DNA from: an uncultured Gammaproteobacteria bacterium
Lineage (GTDB): Bacteria; Pseudomonadota; Gammaproteobacteria; Steroidobacterales; Steroidobacteraceae
Length of the DNA stretch: 64,000 bases
NCBI GenBank assembly: GCA_963734645.1
Contig: CAVTID010000004.1
Coordinates: 554,847-618,846, forward strand
Reading direction: 5' to 3'
This document shows, one piece after another, positions 61,284 through 64,000 of this stretch (within the stretch, counting starts at the first letter, position 1; each line of letters starts with the position of its first letter). Below the pieces are notes generated by a model. That model saw only the letters and a program-made list of their open reading frames with translations. It had not been told where the DNA came from and ran no database searches. A program made the translations under genes and the position numbers.

Positions 61284-61657
61284 TGTTGCCCTCGGTGTTT
61301 GGCGAAGTCCTCCATCTCGAACACCGGACGAATCTCGATCTGCGCTTCGCCCGGCATGGGGTTCGGACAGCGCTTCAGCCACTCGACGGCCTCATCGATG
61401 GATTTGACCTGCCACAGCCAGAAGCCGGCGATGAGTTCCTTGGTCTCGGCGAAAGGCCCGTCGATGACGGTCCGTGTGTCGCCTGAGAACCGTACGCGTT
61501 TGCCGTCGGCGCTCGGGCGCAGACCCTCGGCCGCCAGCAGCACCCCCGCTTTGACCAGTTCCTCGTTGAACTTCCCCATGGCGCCCAGCAGCGCCTCGCT
61601 CGGCATCACGCCGGCTTCGCTATCCAGGCTGGCTTTGACCAGCACCAAGACTTTCAT
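61280..61657 (-). CDS. YciI/DGPF-domain protein
   Basis: ATG at 61657 after AGGAGA. MKVLVLVKAS..VIDGPFAETKELIAGFWLWQVKS. Confidence 0.8.
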   Translation of the reverse strand: MKVLVLVKASLDSEAGVMPSEALLGAMGKFNEELVKAGVLLAAEGLRPSADGKRVRFSGDTRTVIDGPFAETKELIAGFWLWQVKSIDEAVEWLKRCPNPMPGEAQIEIRPVFEMEDFAKHRGQH

Positions 61658-61862
61658 CGGCGGTTCTCCTGTATGCAGCCCGTAATCGTTCATCGCCATC
61701 CGCTTCTGTGAACGACGAACCAGCCGCTCCCGGATCGACACGGCCGAACAGCGACCAGAGGATGATGCACGCGCCGTGTTGCCAGAGCAGCCCCGCTGGT
61801 TTAGCTTAACGCCATGCTGATCGCCGCTCCCGCTTTGACGCCAGGATAAGCGAGTCCGCGCG

Positions 61863-63071
61863 ATGAAACTCCCGGGCGATCAAGCGTTGCTGGAAACCTG
61901 CCGTGCGCAGTCGATCGCGCTATTGAAGCAAAATCTGACACCCGCCGGTATCCTGGCCGCCTCTCCCGGCCCGAAGGCCGAGAAGCGCGGCTATACGGCG
62001 GTGTTCGGCAGAGACGCGGCGGTCTGCGCCATCGGGATGGCGGTGTCCGGGGACCGCACGCTGCAGCGCGCAGCTGCGGCGGGCCTGCACACGCTGGCGG
62101 CGCATCAGGCGCCGAACGGGCAGATAGCGAAATTCGTGGATCTGCACAGGCAGGAACCGGATTTCTGGTACCTGGGGTGCATCGATTCGACGCTGTGGTG
62201 GCTCATCGCGCTGGCGTTCCTGGATGGAAGATTGCGCAGCGGCGGCCTTCGCCGGCGATATGCCAAGCGCATCCGGCTCGCCGTTCAGTGGCTGCTGGCC
62301 CAGGAGCATCAGCGGTTTTTCTTGCTGCAGCAAAACGAAGCCAGCGATTGGGCCGACATCATGCCGCGCTCGGGCTTCGTGCTCTATACGAATGCGCTCT
62401 GGTATTTCGTGAAACGGCTCTATGGCATCGCGCATGTGCGGGAGACTTACAGTAACTTCAATGGCTTGTTCCACCCGTTTTCGGCGGGTATCGCGCCGTA
62501 TCGCCGTGCGCGCCTGCTCAATGATTACGCGCTGCGGCGCGGCCGGGATCGCGATTTGTACCTGAGCTTCGTCAACTTCTCGTTCTTCGGCGAGGAGGGA
62601 GATGTCTTCGGCAATGTGCTGGCCGTTCTTTTGGGCCTGGCTGACGCGCGGGCGAGCAGGCGCACTCTGGACGCGCTCGCCGCGGCCCATGTGAACGATC
62701 CGTACCCCGTGCGGGCGGTGACTCGCCCGATCAAGCAAGACAGCGCGCTGTGGCGGGCTTACATGTCGCGGCACCGGCAGAACCACGTATGGCAGTACCA
62801 CAATGGCGGTATATGGCCCATGGTCGGCGGGTTTTGGATAGCCGCGCTTGCGGCGACCGGGCGGCTCGAGGCGGCGCGGGCGGAGCTGGTCAAATTGGCG
62901 CGCGCCTGTGCGCTGGGAAACTGGGCTTTTACGGAGTGGCTGCATGGGAAAACGCTCCTGCCCAGGGGCATGCCGGGTCAATCCTGGAATGCCGCGGCGT
63001 TCCTGATGGCCGAGTACGCGGTGTCATCGAAGGCGGGGTTGTCGCCGCTGTTTCGCGCACGTGATTACTGA
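61863..63071 (+). CDS. (alpha/alpha)6-barrel glycoside hydrolase, GH100 / amylo-alpha-1,6-glucosidase-like
   Basis: Intact 402-aa ORF with GYTAVFGRDAAVCAIGM, NEASDWADIMPRSG, QYHNGGIWPMVGGFW, QSWNAAAF. Confidence 0.55.
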   Translation: MKLPGDQALLETCRAQSIALLKQNLTPAGILAASPGPKAEKRGYTAVFGRDAAVCAIGMAVSGDRTLQRAAAAGLHTLAAHQAPNGQIAKFVDLHRQEPDFWYLGCIDSTLWWLIALAFLDGRLRSGGLRRRYAKRIRLAVQWLLAQEHQRFFLLQQNEASDWADIMPRSGFVLYTNALWYFVKRLYGIAHVRETYSNFNGLFHPFSAGIAPYRRARLLNDYALRRGRDRDLYLSFVNFSFFGEEGDVFGNVLAVLLGLADARASRRTLDALAAAHVNDPYPVRAVTRPIKQDSALWRAYMSRHRQNHVWQYHNGGIWPMVGGFWIAALAATGRLEAARAELVKLARACALGNWAFTEWLHGKTLLPRGMPGQSWNAAAFLMAEYAVSSKAGLSPLFRARDY

Positions 63072-63187
63072 GAGATAGCGCGCAAACCCTTGAACAATCT
63101 GGGAGAATGCTCCCCGTAGACCTCTATAATTGTCAGCTGCGCGGCCTGCGGGCCGCAATAGGGGTGCGTAGCTTGCGATATCGCATA

Positions 63188-64000
63188 ATGACAGGATGGC
63201 TATTGTTGACCCTGCCGTGCATGCCTGTATGCGCGGCGCAGGACGATTCCGCTCTGTCGCTCATCGAACACGGCACCCTGGCCATGCGCGACAATCCCGA
63301 TGAGAGCAAGCAGGATGCCGAACGGGCGCTCGAGAAGGTACGGCAGCACCCGGATGCCGACTTGGAAATTCGCGCGCGGCTTTTGCTGTGCGACTACTAT
63401 TCGGAGCGCGACGGAAGCAGGGCGCAAGCAGCAGATCGATGCCGCCAATGCCTTGCTCTCCCAGGCGCGCCGCAAGGGCCTGCGCGCCGGGGTACTGACC
63501 TGCCAGGGCGAGACTTTCGAGGCCGCCGGCGACAATGCGCATGCCGGGACGGATTTCGACGAGGCGGTCGCGGCGGCCACTGCCGCGAACGATGAGGAGA
63601 TGCTGGCCGAGGCGTTGTTCTCGCGCGGCTATCTGCGCGCCTTACAGGGCGAATATGCGGCGGGCATGGGCGATGTGCGGCGCTCGCAGGAATTGTTCGA
63701 TCGCATTCCACATGCCGCAGCATTCGCTGACGGTGCTGAACACCATCGCCACGATCTACAACAAGATGGGAGACTACGAACAGGCGGCGCAAATCTATGA
63801 GCGTGCGCGAAGCCAGCAGCACGATGCGGGCCTGCGCCGGGATGAGGCAGTGACGCTGTACAACCTCGGACGAGCGCGCCGCAAACTCGCCCAATGGGAT
63901 GCGGCACGGGCGGGGTTCTCCGGCTGTCTCGCGCTCAGCCGCGAAATCAATTACATCCGGGGAGAGGCCTATGGGTTGCTCGGTCTCGCGTCGGTGCAGA
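63188..64000 (+). pseudogene. secreted TPR-repeat protein (N-terminal part; runs off window), at least two frame switches
   Basis: Signal-like MTGWLLLTLPCMPVCAAQ. TPR-like units (EALFSRGYLRALQGEYAAGM, LNTIATIYNKMGDYEQAAQIYERA, VTLYNLGRARRKLAQWDAA, GEAYGLLGLA) are spread over three frames. Confidence 0.55.

Noticed and set aside
60567-61685. 372-aa plus-strand ORF
   Set aside because: It is entirely antisense to the ECF42 sigma and DGPF genes, which have strong family motifs. It has no motif of its own.
61920-62981. 353-aa minus-strand ORF
   Set aside because: It is antisense to the intact glycoside-hydrolase ORF and has Arg/Pro-rich low-complexity translation.
1-64000. tRNA, rRNA, tmRNA, riboswitch or IS elements
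   Set aside because: I saw none when scanning intergenic regions for T-loop-like or other conserved cores. A covariance-model scan is needed for certainty.

Overview
GC-rich proteobacterial-type chromosomal segment. The gene set (rdgC, pqiABC, maeB, sodB) fits a beta/gamma-proteobacterium. It carries about 65 protein-coding loci on both strands. By eye I found no rRNA, tRNA, CRISPR array, transposase or integrase.

Content falls into four groups:
- Housekeeping and metabolic: NADP-malic enzyme, Fe-SOD, GH15, M19 and M24 peptidases, and a MocR-ADH-aminotransferase cluster.
- Envelope and lipid trafficking: PqiA/A/B/C, AsmA, a NodT-type outer-membrane factor, SPOR, BON, and an HpnB-like GT2.
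- Stress-type small proteins: CsbD, PRC-barrel, and two YciI/DGPF proteins.
- Regulators: two ECF sigma loci, TetR, a PAS-MCP, and cNMP-DUF1003.

The dominant technical signal is roughly sixty reading-frame switches (my manual count, approximate) that interrupt otherwise well-conserved genes. They concentrate at 1-33 kb and 57-64 kb, while 33-57 kb is almost clean. Every break I resolved is a frame change, never an in-frame nonsense codon. I therefore read this as indel-type sequence error rather than decay. I report such loci as full-length spans typed pseudogene (frameshifted as written).

Best candidates for something under-described:
1. A co-directional block at 36.0-41.1 kb: GT2, a secreted PDZ protein, an outer-membrane beta-barrel, and a membrane Ser/Thr pseudokinase-like protein with a Calx-beta-like ectodomain. 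It abuts a truncated DUF336 gene.
2. An ABC ATPase followed by a ~1200-aa ABC-2 permease::M1 aminopeptidase fusion at 22.0-26.6 kb.
3. A class-II UvrA paralogue without the UvrB-binding domain.
4. An ECF42-type sigma factor translationally coupled to a DGPF protein.

I do not see a clear-cut defence or mobile system. All family calls are from visual motif recognition and need HMM or BLAST confirmation.
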